From: Paraspadella gotoi
Lineage: Eukaryota; Animalia; Chaetognatha
Direction: 5' to 3'
DNA length: 64,000 nt
Assembly (NCBI GenBank): GCA_051294375.1
Contig: CM119263.1
Coordinates: forward strand, 18,004,628 to 18,068,627
In this document: positions 24,901 to 38,659 of the stretch, piece after piece
Layout: the number at the start of each line of letters is the position of its first letter
How positions within the stretch are numbered: position 1 is the first letter of the stretch
Translations under genes and position numbers: made by a program
Notes under the pieces: generated by a model
Seen by the model: the letters and a program-made list of their open reading frames with translations, nothing else
What the model was told of the DNA's origin: nothing
Databases searched by the model: none

Positions 24901-27900
24901 AAAAACGTGGCTTCAAATCAATTTAAATTTTCGTCACTACTCAAAAGTTAAAACACATCTTATGGCGAAAGACTTGCCTCATCTCTTCCAAATCCGTCAC
25001 CGCCGGCACCGACGACGTGACGCTCCTCGAAAAGACGTTCCCCGCGGATGTCAGTACCGGCCGAGGTTCGCAGCGCCGACAACGCCAGGGGGCGACCTTG
25101 CAGCGCCGCCAACTCACGTTCGCGGTTTTCGTTCAGAATCGATTCCAAGTCGGAAATCTTGCGGTTTAGGCCGGCGACGTCTCGTTCGAGGGATTTCTAA
25201 AAAAAATAAATTTAATAAACGAATTTGAGAAAAGAATCATTTTCGTAAAGTTAAAATTTCTAGTTTACCTTTGCTTCTCTCTCGACTTCCCGATCCCTCT
25301 CGACCTCTCTCGTCCTCTTCCTCTCTTCCTGCCTCTCGGTCTCCCTCTCCTTCCTCCACCTCTCCCCGTCTTCCTCCAACGTCTTTAACTCGGACTCCAA
25401 TCGCGCCGTCGTCGTCTTAAGGGCCGAGGATTCGAGTCTCTCCGAAGCAAGGACCTCTTCCAAGCGGGAAACTTCAAGCTGGAAGGAAAGAGATCGGAGC
25501 AAAATAATTAGGAACCTAAATTTCTAGTTTGATCAGGGAAAAAATTCAAGGCGATAGCCGAAAGGATGCTATTTTGATAATTATGAATTCATTTTATTAA
25601 ACGCAGCTATTAATCGTGGACGAGTTCGTCAGAAAAACACGCTGTCGATGCTGGAAAAACTAAAACCCGATTATGTGAAAAGCGAAAAACAGGAAAATCA
25701 AGGGTGTCGTGACTCGTGACTGTAAAAATGACTGACACGTCACTGCGCTCACTCGAAAACGGACGTAAGAAAAAATCCTATCACAACTGGTATCCTATTG
25801 GTATTTTACCCTCCGCCAATTAGTTTGTCTACAGGATAAGAGTTCTAAATAGCATAAGTTCAACGGTTAATGTAATGTTACCAACAATTGAGACGGAAAA
25901 AGAAACTTGAGATAAAAAAGTCGCATCACAAAGACCTACCCAATTTAACGTGGCGAAGCTTGATAAAGTTCAATCACGTCTTTTCATCATTCCTTTATAT
26001 TTGTTTAAAGAAATTCTACAGTGCTCTTTTTAATATTTTTTGTTTTGTTTTTATTGCGTAATAAGTTAAATGGCATTGCACATGATACAAATGAAATCAA
26101 TAAAACATTAGAAATTAAATGATCGACTACGGATGCGTTCGTCGATATTCGTGAGTTTTCTTTACGACAGAGGGCCGCGTAAATAGTGAGAAGATCGGCG
26201 GGTAATTTTATGGTGAATTGGGTTTGGATTAATGTGACGATCGGGAAATTTTCGGAGGGCGAATGAGGGTTTTTTTTTTTCAAAAATAAAATTCAAACTA
26301 CTCGTGGTTAACATTGATAAATGAAGGAATCCCACTCGAAAGCAGGAGGAAAAGACTGGAAGGACTTACCTGGGAGTGTTCCAGAGATTCCCTCGTTCTC
26401 TCGTGACTACGCCGTTCCGTCTCCGCCTCCTCCTTGGATGATGCTTTGGTTCGCTCGAGGCTCGCCGCCATAGAAGCAACCTTTAACAAGCCAAAAAGAG
26501 TTAGAAAAAAAAAAAGAAATTTAAAAAAGATAAAAGCGAAAAGCATAACTATTTAAACGGCAAAGAGCGTCAGTCTTTTGTTTCGCTCTCACCGTGAGTC
26601 TCTCGCGTTCCAAGGCGGAACTCAAATCGGAAATTTGCCGCTTCTCTCGCTCCAGAGAAGCTTGAAGTCCGGTAATCGAGTCCCGCTGAACAAAAGCGCA
26701 ACGTATTTTTAGTAATATTAATACTAATTACTATGGGGGTTAATATCGTATATAAGATATATATCGTGTAACAAGACAAATTCAAGCACCTCATAATCAT
26801 GAGGACGTTCACATAATAACTGTGGAAACAAAAAAAGAACAGAGCACACAGCAATAAATTTTAGGATTTTTCAATTAATTCGTTTACTATTTCCAATTCC
26901 ACAAATCTGCTTCATTTGACGATCCGTTGAGGGTTCACCTGTTTTGTCATCTCGTCGCGATTGTGCTGCCTCTCGCGGTCCAGCGTCTCGGCGAGAGTCT
27001 TGGTCTCATCCGACTCTCGCTCCAACGCTGCCATTAACTCCGAGTTCCTACTGCGCTCTAAGTCAAAGTTCTTCTGGAGCTCAATCACCTATATCGAAAC
27101 GGGGACGAAAAAAGGAAGAAAAAAGCTTCGTTAATTTTCATAATTCATTCATTTGTCGGGTTTATTTGACTAACAAGAGCTCAACAGACTAGAATGTTCT
27201 ATTCTGCTTCTTTCTGCCCCCACATTCACCCAAATAAAAAAAATCTAAAAAGCATAAGGATCGTCGCAAAAGCATAAGAAAAATCTGGATTGACGACAAA
27301 TTTTGATACTAAAAAAATAAAATTTGAGAAAAGAAAATTAATTTATAAACAAAGAAAAATTATATTTTATAAATTATAAATTAAAGTTACAGTTTCTGAA
27401 AAAAAAAGAAAAAAATTTTCATTGTCAAAAAATAAACTAATCAGCAAACGCAGCCCCTGAGAAAAAAAAACGAAATAAAAACCTGATGTTGCGATAGCAA
27501 AATGATAACATGCACGAATGCGCTGCCTAATTTTACGAGTTCAATCCTATTTCAATTTTTTTTAATAAAAACGCAGAGAGAAAAAAAGAAAAAAAGGCAG
27601 CAGCCGAAATAGCAGGAGAAAAGAGAGATAAAGAATAAGCCCCAGCAGAACCAGCTGCAGACTCAAAAGGCAGCAGCAGAAGCAGAAGGAGAAAAGAGAG
27701 AAAAAGAATAAGCCCCTGCAGAGCCAGCTGCAGACTCGTTTTTTTCCCTTATATTATGAATCAGTGACCAGGGAAAAGAGAGAGGGAGAGAGACATGTAA
27801 TTAAAAAAGAAAAGAGAGAGAGAAAGACATATGAAAATGTTTGTTTTGATAAAACGTAAACAAAACATATTTAATAACTGTCCAGACTCAATTTTAAGCA

Positions 27901-30786
27901 CATCGATGATGAGAAGCTGTATATAAATTTTCAGCTTTATACACCCAAATTTAATCATAAAAAAGGCGATCTATAATTTGGAACGCCGACAACGACGACA
28001 ACGACGACGACGCCACTTATGCGCAAAAGTGTTACAATATCGTCGCAAACGCTTAGCGATTGCGACGATAAAAAATAACCTACCAGATCGCTCTTTCTGG
28101 CCTCGGCCGCTCGGAGATCGGCCTTGGCGGCGCCCAGTTCTCTCCTAGCCTCGTTGTGAGCCGATTTTTCCATTTCCAATGCCACCTGGAGACTGTGAGC
28201 CGATTCCATTGCCTCGTCCAAAGATCTGAATGAGGTAGGCAGGGGAAAAAAGAGGTTGGCAAAAAGAGTACGAAACTACTTCGGCTTGGTCGTATCGATT
28301 ACATATTTCGTAATTTTGATGCCTTATTTTGTTTCGTCTCTGACTCCATATTGTATAACCTTTTTAAAGTTTCGTGATTCCTCCTCTCTTTGCTGACTTC
28401 TTGTTCTCTCCTCGATTTTTCCTTTTCTATCTCGGCCTTGAGCCTGGAGATCTCACTTCCGTCACGCGAAAGCGAACTGTTTAGGTTGCGGGCATTGGAT
28501 CTCTCGTCGTCGAGGCTGGATCTGGAGCGGGAGGTTGGTGAGGTGATAAGGGTCGTAGGGTAGGAAATAAGTTAGCGGTCGGGTAGGCCAACCAATAGTA
28601 TAGAAACAAAAATTTTAAGAAACTACAACTCTTTCATTATCAATTTATCATGCAATTTTCAAGCTCGAATCTATTAAAGTAAATTGTGTTAAAACGTTCG
28701 TCAAAGAAAACGGAGAAAAACTGCATCAAAAAGCTACATGCTCAAAAAAACAAAAAAACAAAAAAACAAACCAAGTCGTAGAAATTCACACTCAAACGAG
28801 TTTCCACTTACGATATGACTTGAACGACATGGCTATTATTAAAGCCCGAAAGTGCAACGTGATAAAGATTAAATGTTTTTAATGTTTAACATTTGTCGTA
28901 AAAAATAAAATTTTAAGACCAAATTCTAATCTTGACATTGGCAACGGCATAATTCGTCGCCAATCAAATCAAGATTCATCCAGAACAACCAACCAGCGCC
29001 ATTGTGCTCCCACCACCCATTCCCGCCAACGTCGGCTCACCTCAGCGTCTCTCCTTCGGCCTGCGCTTTCTCCAAGGCCACCGTCAGGCGAGTGATCTGA
29101 TCTCTGGCCGCCTCGAGCGCCGCCTGCAGGTCGTTGTTGGCGCTTCGCTCACGCGACAACCGCGTCGTCAACTCGGCCAAATGCGCTCGTTCTGAATCGA
29201 GAGACGCTCGGGCGTCGGTCGCCACCGCACGCTCTTGGGTGAGACGGAAGTCTTGAAGCTCGACTGAAAAGTCGATGAAAGAAAAAAAATTATATAGATC
29301 GTGGCTAATGACGGAATTAAAAAAAAAGACTTACTCTTTCTCTTGAGCTCCCTAAGCTCTTTCTCCAATGCCTCAGCGGCTTCGTTGGAAATGCCAGGCC
29401 CGGCAATCGCCCCACGGGAAGATCTGCCACTAACGCCGACCTTTCTTTTCTCCGCCTCCAGCAGAGTCTGTGACCGATTTAGACTTTCACGGACGTGGTT
29501 CAATTCGGAGAGAAGGGAGGACCTGGCGTTAAAAGCGAAAAGAATTACTAAACGGTCGCATTCCAGTTACTCCCCACAGGCATAAACTAAACTGACCTGT
29601 CGAGACTGACCAACTTTTCCATGGCGCTCTGGTGGTGGTCCACCATGGCTTGGATCTTTTTCTCTAAAGTGTCTAGCTCGTCGGCGTCGCCGGAGCGGGC
29701 GGCGACGGTGGCGCCGACGCGAGTCTCGGCCCACTGCGAGCCAAGCTCGGCGAGGAGAGACTCGCGCTCCTTCGTGATGACGTCAGTGAATGATTTCAGA
29801 TAGGAGGCGCGCCAGTCGTCCAATGAGGCAGACTGAGTAACACACTGGAAGGGAGGTAAGTAATTAATTAATTATAGTAATTAAGTAATTTTTATTATTA
29901 CAATATTTATTTCAAAACAAATCCTCACCTCGTCCGTGGCCTTTTGAAGTAATTCACGCATTGAGGCGATGGTGTCGAGCAGCATCCGTTTCTCCGTCAA
30001 CCAAGCCTCCTTCAGCGCATCAGGATCAGATGCCGGCAGCACGCTGTTGAACAGACAAGGTTGAAAAACGTGAAAGAAATGAGAGCACGACTTTTTAAAA
30101 AACAACAAAAGCAAGAGCCTCATAACAAGAAAACAATAATTGTTAAAAAAATTAAATTTTTTAAAAAATAAAATTTTTTTAAAAAATTTTTTAAAAATTT
30201 AATTTTTAAAATGGCAGACATAATAGAAATTAAATATATTAAATACATTAAAAATAGTACTCGGTGATGCTCTTCTTTGACGAATAATAAAGGACAATTA
30301 TTGATAAGGCGAAAAACAACAAGAATATTGAATAATAAACATTCACGAGGAACACTTTTTCACCTGGCGACTCTGGCAGAGCCATCTTTTTGTTGCTCCG
30401 TCAATCGGCGGACGCGAATTCCTTCTTTCTGCACACGATTCAGCAGCAACTATAATGGAACAGAAGGAAAAAGAAAAGGTGAGATAGAAATGGGTGAAGG
30501 GAAAAAAACGTGAAGCGGTGAAAGGTGAAGGGAAAAGGTGAAAAAGACGGATAAACAGAAAGGAGGGAGATTGGGGCGGGGACCAAGGGTAATATTGAAG
30601 GGCGAAAAGATAAACGTGGAGGAGTTATGAGATGAAACAAAGGTGATTGGAAAGTGTGAGAGAGGGGACGGATGAGAACTAGACATAGTGAAAAAAGATT
30701 AAAAAAAAAAAAACTATCTTCGTCGTCGTCGTCCTCGGCGGCGACGATGAATAATGGATGGCACGCACAGACAAACTCCTCACGCA

Positions 30787-30824
<38 letters not shown>

Positions 30825-31075
30825 CATTCCCTCCACCGACCACCGTCGAAGTCGCATATATCTATCCGTTTGTCTCGCGCGGTATGTGAAAAAAATGGAA
30901 TGAGAGAGTTAATGAAAAAAAAAAACCTAAAATAATAAAAAAAGCGATGAAATATGATGAAAGAAACGAACTCAACTGTATTGTAAAGTAAGCGAAGAAG
31001 AGCGACGAGCGCTTGGCTGTGCAGTGAATATAACCGCTTTATCATAATAGAGAAAATAATCGATGGGAAGACGCG

Positions 31076-31162
<87 letters not shown>

Positions 31163-34100
31163 TACAAAGTGAAGAAAAAAGCTTCGGCGTTGTCGAAGAT
31201 GGCGCTGAAGAGAGAAAGTAGAAAAGAAAAAACTCGGACCCGGGTATGAAAAGGAAAGATGGCGTGAGCTCAGGAGAAAACGACCGGAGGCTAATGCACG
31301 AGTGGAGAGAAAGAAGAAAAAAAGAAAAAAGAAAAGAAAAGCGGCCGCAAGGTAAATGAGGTGAAGGTGAGAGGAATAACGATAAAAGGCGAGGAATCGA
31401 AGAACTTGAATATTAAATTAAGGTCTCGATAAAAGGTAAAACAAAAAGAAAGAGCACTAAATAAAATATGAAGGAACAGACACGACACTTGCCCTCAATG
31501 TCTACGGAAGCTTCTCGCTTTATGCAGTCTGTACAGTGTACAATGGACATAACTTTTAGACCTGCCTAACGTGAGGAATAAAGATAAAGGGAGGGAATGG
31601 GTCCAGAGACGAAAAACTATGTCTATCGTAGTATAAGGTAAACGAAAAGTCGAAAAAAAGGGGGAAAATTTGAAAATTGCGACAACCCAGTCGATTCTTA
31701 ATGGAGCCGAAGGGAATGACGTCAGAGTAACGAAGGGCACCGGAGGGTGAGAGAAAGAAATGGCGGATGAAAGGAAAATAACGACCTCTGCCCCTGGAAT
31801 GAAAAGACCGAATAAAAACATTAACTTAGTATAAGAGAATAGTGTTCAGATAGAACAAATCTGGAGTTGCGGAAGAGAAATAGTTAAATTTAAAGAGAAA
31901 TAGGATGAGGGAGTTTTTTTCTTTTGTAACTTAATTTTAAAAGAAAAGAACAATTCAATTTCATGCCCTCCATAACTTTCACGGCGATGGCGATGGCAAC
32001 GGCGGCGGAAAAATATTGAATTGCATGACAAAACCGCCGACGACATCCAGTGGAAGTAAAAAGGGTGGGTTGTCAGTTTTGAAAAACGAGAATTCTTCGT
32101 TGGTGGAGGGGATCAGTGGCGAAATGGTTAAGTGTAAAAAAGAATACGGCGTTTAAGTGACGCTTTCACAATTAATAACGATGGGGTGGATATAACTGGG
32201 GAAAAAATGGTGAGCATAAAAGCGTAAAAGGTAAAGGCCAAGACGAATTAAACTAATGGAAAGTGCTGACAAGGAAGGAGATAAATGGGGAGTTCAAGAA
32301 AAAGGAGGCCGGGAAAAGGAAAGGGGGTGAAGAAAGAAAGAAAGAGCGAGTGGACATGCATGGCCCAGGGGCCGCCTCGGGCGAAAGGAGAGCTTGCGTT
32401 CAAAATTGCGTGAGAGAAAAAGAGAGAGAGAGAGAGAGAGCCTGCGGAGGGAGTTAAAAAGTTCAAGGGGATTTTCTTCTTCCTGAGTAAAATTCTCCTC
32501 TGGAAAGACGAAGTAAGACGAGAGAGGAATTCCAATCGAGGCCGCCAGACGGAGAGAAGAGGGGCCAAAAGAAGCCCTCCGCGATACGGAGACTTTTTAG
32601 TGCGTAAAATATTAGTCCGGGAATTCGGGTGTTTTTTTCACAGCGCTCCCCATTCAAATTTGCACACTTTCTTATAAACCACTTACGTGCATGCCACTAG
32701 AGCAGGCCTCCAGTCCAGAGTCGGTGCCGGATTCGGTCCCGGAGCTGTTGACGGGATCAGCGTCGACGGAAGTGTCAGCGGCGCCGGAGCGAGAACGCAA
32801 ACGGTTGACGAGAGCACGGTCGAGCATTTCCGTCTGGTGAATCTGATCCTCTAATTGGCGCCCCACTTCACCGACAGAGAGGCGCGAGGAGGGAGCTATA
32901 GAAGAAAAGAGGAGTTTAATTGCCGTGAAAATGACTTTTAGCTTGAAATAATAATTACGCAGTTCATCGAAAGAACGTTTTTGAGCTAAACGCTTTATAA
33001 TTAGAGTTGTGCTTTTATTTGTTTTTATCTGCCACCCCACCACCCTTTATCAAATTTTATATAAAAATCCTACCACAAAATATTTAAATGTAACTTTCAA
33101 TACATTAACAACCAAAACAAAGTTACACTCACTCATAGAATGATAATGAGTGCTGAGCGACGGTGGAGTCGGAGGGTCATTCTCGTCCCCATCACGAATA
33201 ATACGATGATCCTTGGCGCGTTGAAGTTGATCCTTAGTGCGCGCGAGCTCATCCTAAAAAAGTCCAACGGATACGTTAAATACGTCATGTTATGATTATT
33301 GATTAAACATTAAAGCGTAGCAAAAATATTCAAATCAGGTAGAATTAAAATTCGAATAGTAGATCACGAAGATTTTTAAATATATTTTTCAATTCGCATA
33401 CGCCCATATATATACATAGAAAATGTCAAAATTTTTCCCTTATTTTTAAAAGCAGATTCAAATTCCTCACAAAAAGTTTATAAAAGGAAATATAACTCTT
33501 TTTAGAAAATTATTTCATTAAGTGGGTCAAAATGCTAAAAAACTATTATTATTAACCTCTAATTATAGTTTTTTCGAATTTGATAATATAAAAAATATAA
33601 TTATAGAAAATATAAGTCTTAATCAAAAATTATTTCATTAACTTTTTATGAGGAATTTGAATCTGCTTTCAAAAATAAGAAAAAATTATTTTAAAATTCT
33701 GACATTTTCTATGTATAAATATGGGCGTATGCGAAAATTGAGAAATTTATTATTATTTTTTTTTAATATATCAATGTTCTTTAGTCCAAGACTGTTCATG
33801 ATCAACTATTCGAATTTTGATCTGCAACTTTCACTACGCCTTATTAAACATCCAATAATTGATTAATGACTATTCAACTCACCTGGAGTCTTTTAATGGT
33901 GACATCCCTTTCTCTGATGTCTTTCTTGAGACTTTCGATATCGTCCTTGTGCTGATCCTTCAACTGCTGAAGTAAAGAGTCGATCTCGCTCTTGTGCTGC
34001 TCGCGCAGCTGTTGCATCAGGTCGTTGCGTTCCGAGGCGAAACCATCTTGCAACTGCGAGATTTCTCGCTGATGATTCGATGCCATCTGTGTTTGGAGCT

Positions 34101-37100
34101 CGTCCAGTTTCTGAAAAAAACAAATGAGAATTTAGATATGGTGAACTTAGTTAACAATTTTTAAAAAAATTTAATGACGTCATTCCAATATTGTTTAGAA
34201 TTTGCTACTTCATAGCTCATAACAGCTCTCAGAAGTCAGAACATGTTGCCGGACTCAAATTACTCAATGTACTGCTCATCAATATAGTAAGGGAATCGTT
34301 AAAATGTGACTTCAATTTGTTCACAAAAAAAAAAACCGCGAAAAGAACAGACTTACAAAGGTGACCGACTGCCTGACACTCGAAGAGGATTTCGAGTAAA
34401 TCCTCCTTCGCGGATCCGGAGGCGCTGCCAAAAAGTTGTCGTTAATGTCGCTGGCGTAACCGCCAAAGTCGTCGTCATCAGCGACGCGCATGCCGCCGCG
34501 GAACAACTCGGGAGCGCTGTTGTTTTTTGTGGCACGTGGGTCGACATCGTTTCGATGATACTGCTTGCTGCTGTATGAAGGTTCAGTATTATAGCGAGTA
34601 GATTTGAATGGTGAAGATGTGAAGCGCGGATGTGCAAAGGGACGGAATGAAAGATCGTCTTCCTCTCCACCAGCGACATGGTTGTCTAGTGGTTTGACGC
34701 CATTTTTTATTCCACTATTATCTGGCCTCAAGGCGCCGCAAGTACAATGGATGAAGACTTTGGGCGGAGGAGTACGGACTGCGTCATTCGTCAGACAATC
34801 TCTGGAGCCCTCGTAGTTCTCGCTGACACCAGAACCGCGCACGACGACGTCGAGACTTCCGTCCCGACAAGGGATATTAAAGGAGGTAGAGGACGACATC
34901 AATCAAATCAAATTGTTTCAATTTGATTTTTTTGAAATTTTTTTTATTTTTTCGTTTTAATAAATGGCCACTACTGAAATGGTCTTTTCAAGGACCATGT
35001 GATCGTTTAATACGATAGTTTTTCGACCGTAAATAAAATTGTAGCACTGCGGGGAAAAAGCTCTCGCTCTGAGCGCAAGAGCGTTCAGTCGCCGTCGTCT
35101 TCGTGGAAAAAAATCGATAGAAAACCCGCGGCGGTGGAAAAACATGCGCCTGTGGGACCTTTTTAAGGTGCATGCCGCCGATTTTTCGTTAACTCTTAAA
35201 ACATTTTCGAATGTGGACTTTGAAATTTCAATCTCAAGTTTAAATGGACTCGTTTTTTATCGAGAAAGAAGCAACGAAAAAACTGAGAAGAGAAATCTTT
35301 TAAAATAAAATGTAAACAGTGGTTTAGAAAAGCATTACACAACAGTAATTTATATTAAACATTGTTACGTTTTTATTATATTAGCATTTTATTCGTTTTT
35401 GATTGGTTTTCATTAAGTTCATAAAATATTATTCGTATAAAAAAAAGCCTCAAATTCAGCAAATAGTTTGTCCTATCTCTCTTTCTCGCTATCTCCTGTA
35501 GTCGGACCGTTGCGTGTAGTAGATTTAAAATTCTGTCATCGTCATCATCATCATCCACCGAGGCTAACTCGTCGGACGGGTGCGATCTCGCTCGCTCGCT
35601 CGCTCTGTCTCTCTTCTCTCTCTCGCTCTTGCTTTCTGAGATTAAAACCGATCCTAAAATACGAGAGGATTGGCCGACTGGTGGCTCTTGAAGCGGAAAA
35701 TTAAAAGGGCGAAACAAGATAAATCGAGATATGAAAACAAAAGGGAAGTATCAGAAAAGGCCCGAAAAATAGTAAAGCATAGCAAAAATATGGACCCATG
35801 ACAAACTGTAATACTCAAGCAAAAAATCAAATTTAATACAGAAAAACGAAGTTTTTATAATAACAAAACTTGGCTTAATATAAGGCGAAATAAAAACCAG
35901 TTTTGCGATCGTAAAATGTAAAAATTTTTTAAGAAATTTACATTTTTAAAAATGGATTCGGATAAAGATTAAAAAGTTAAATAAAGGTTAGTATTACAAA
36001 TTTCAAAAAGTTGTAATAATAACCGTCAATTCAAGCTCTATCAGAATCTGTTAAAAATTTTTTGGATATTATATAGTATTTGGATAATATAAAATAGCTT
36101 CCATGCGTTTAACTCTAAATCTAAATTTGCTTTTATTTTCACGATCTTTATAAAACATTAACAATATTTATATCGGACTTCTGTAAGTTTGTAACCTGTT
36201 CCGCCTTAATCCACAGTAGATCAAACATTCGAAATATACAATATTAAATATTTCAGCTTCAAACAATTAATTACAAATAAATATATAAAAAAGCGATCTA
36301 TAATTTTGAAAGCCGACGACCCCGAAAAAGACCTTAATCATCGCAAGCGCAAGCCATTGCGACGATAATAAAAAAATAAAAATTTGTTAAGCAATGCATG
36401 GAAAACCAATCACAACTATTAACAAAAGAGTGACAAAAGGGAAACTTTGGTAAACCTGATAAAAGATCTCGAAATATGTGTCGAGAAAAATTTTAGCGTA
36501 AAAGTCACCAGGAAATACGTTTTTTAGGAACAACTTACAAAATAATAACGGCCAGATAAAATTAATTTAATCTACAATACAGTGACTTACCCTGGAGAGG
36601 GAATCCCTATCCATTTGTTCAGAATTGACGTCGTCCATGGAAAAAGTTCTACCGATACCCAAGCACCAATTTTGCACCATTTCGAAATTGGCATAATCAA
36701 TTTCTTCCACCTCTCTCGACGTGGAATCCCCCGATTTTTTTGTTTCCAATCGGTCTGCAATATTTATCTTACAAGGTTCTGCATCTGACTTTCTCGTATT
36801 TTCTTTTCTTAAATATTTTGCATTGTTTTCCCCTCCCTTTTTATGGTCACTGTTCCAGTCTTCAATTATCACCTCAGTTTTCCATATTCCTTTTCCCATT
36901 TCTCCATGCCAATTTAGATAGTTGCGTTCCGAACCATCTGATTCCAAATGAAGATTGCTTTCTTTGTTTGGCTTAAATTGCTTTCCCTTCAAATGGAATT
37001 CGTATTTGCCCTTATCCCTCCTTTCGTCTATCGCTTCTTTTCTTTTCAATCTAGAGGAAGTTTGTTTTTCATCATTCATGATCAACTCCATCCCGCAACA

Positions 37101-38612
37101 ATTGAAAGCCTCAGTATTATCCTTTCCCAACGGTACTTGACAATCATTATTACCCCATTCTCCGTTCTTCTTCCATCTGGCCCCGCAATAATATCTCTGA
37201 TCACCTTCATTTTTAAATTCCACATGGCATTCGGAAGTTTTTTCTTCCATCACGTTTAGTAAGTTCTTCCGTTTGACTTCGTCACTTTCTCTTTGTACTC
37301 TAGAACACTCGTTAAGTCCTCCTTTTATTCCCTTCTGCTTTGTTCGTCCTTCAGTCCACTTCGCTTCATCCTTTCTATACTTCATAACAAGATCCTCATT
37401 TATTTTCGAAGGATCCCGGAGAGGGTCCAATATGCGACTCGTAATATTCTCCGTATTCACTGCGTCGGAGCAATCGTCTCCTTTCCGCGCGTTCCTTTCT
37501 CCATCGCGAGGATCTTTCCATTCGGCCGAATAACTTTCCTCCTCGTTCCCTTCGTTGCGTGGGCCGTCCCCTCCTTTTCTCCTCTCTTCCCGCAGGTTCT
37601 TCTTCGCGGGCATCTGAGATGAAAATTACCTCTGATAAAAATTTACATCGCCGGCCTCTGGGATGATGATGTTTCCGCGGGACTAGAGTCCTCGGAAATT
37701 GTTATGCTTATGGAGAAAACGAGATCTTATCTCTTTGGGAAAACGTGCGCTTGTATGTATTAGTGTGTGACGTGCGTGAGGAAAAAAGGAACGTGTGAGC
37801 ATGATGAAATTCACTCGAGCGTAGTCGTTTTAAGAAGCAACAAAAGTTGCTGTAAAGATTAAAAATCAAATTTTTTTAAATTTTTTCTCATTTTTGTATA
37901 TAAATTATAGATTTAACACCCACCTTTGGGTCTGATCGTTTGGGAGTGAAAACATGACTGGGCTCCACGACCTCCCCGCATTGATATTCAGCAAGAAGAC
38001 GACAAATGAGTTCATCTCTGGCGCTAAAGTCGCACCCGATTTCCGCCTCCTCAAATAAACAGGAAGAGGCATGGTGGCGGGCTAAACCCGCGCTCTTCCA
38101 CGACATAAATCGGAGACGGACGGTGAAATATTTATTAGTCGAAAATAATCTTAGGTTTGCCTCGATTTATTACGCAATTATATTTTTAGAAATAAGAATT
38201 TCAAAATATGATAGTAGTGGTAGTAGATGCTCTTCCTTTTAGCGTAATGAATTTAAGGACGAAAGATTGGATGATGATGATAATGGATCGCGACAAAAAT
38301 TTCCCTCTCCTCTTCCTCTTCCCAAAGTAAAGAGGAAATCATGAAATCTCGCGAAAAAAATCCCATGAAACCGCGAAAAATCTGAATGGGCGGCAGAAAT
38401 CCTAATCCAGTCATTGAAATTACACATGGCAGTTTCAAGAGATAAAACCAAGGGGATGCAAATATTTTCAAAAAGTAATCTCTTCTCTGTTAGGGAAGAG
38501 GCCTTGACAATGGATCCAAGAGGACCTTCAGCAAAGCACGCAGGTTTGTGTCTCCGGGACAGAAATATGGACATCGGTCTTTTGACCCTCTTCAGACCCG
38601 AGATGTTCGGCA

Positions 38613-38659
<47 letters not shown>

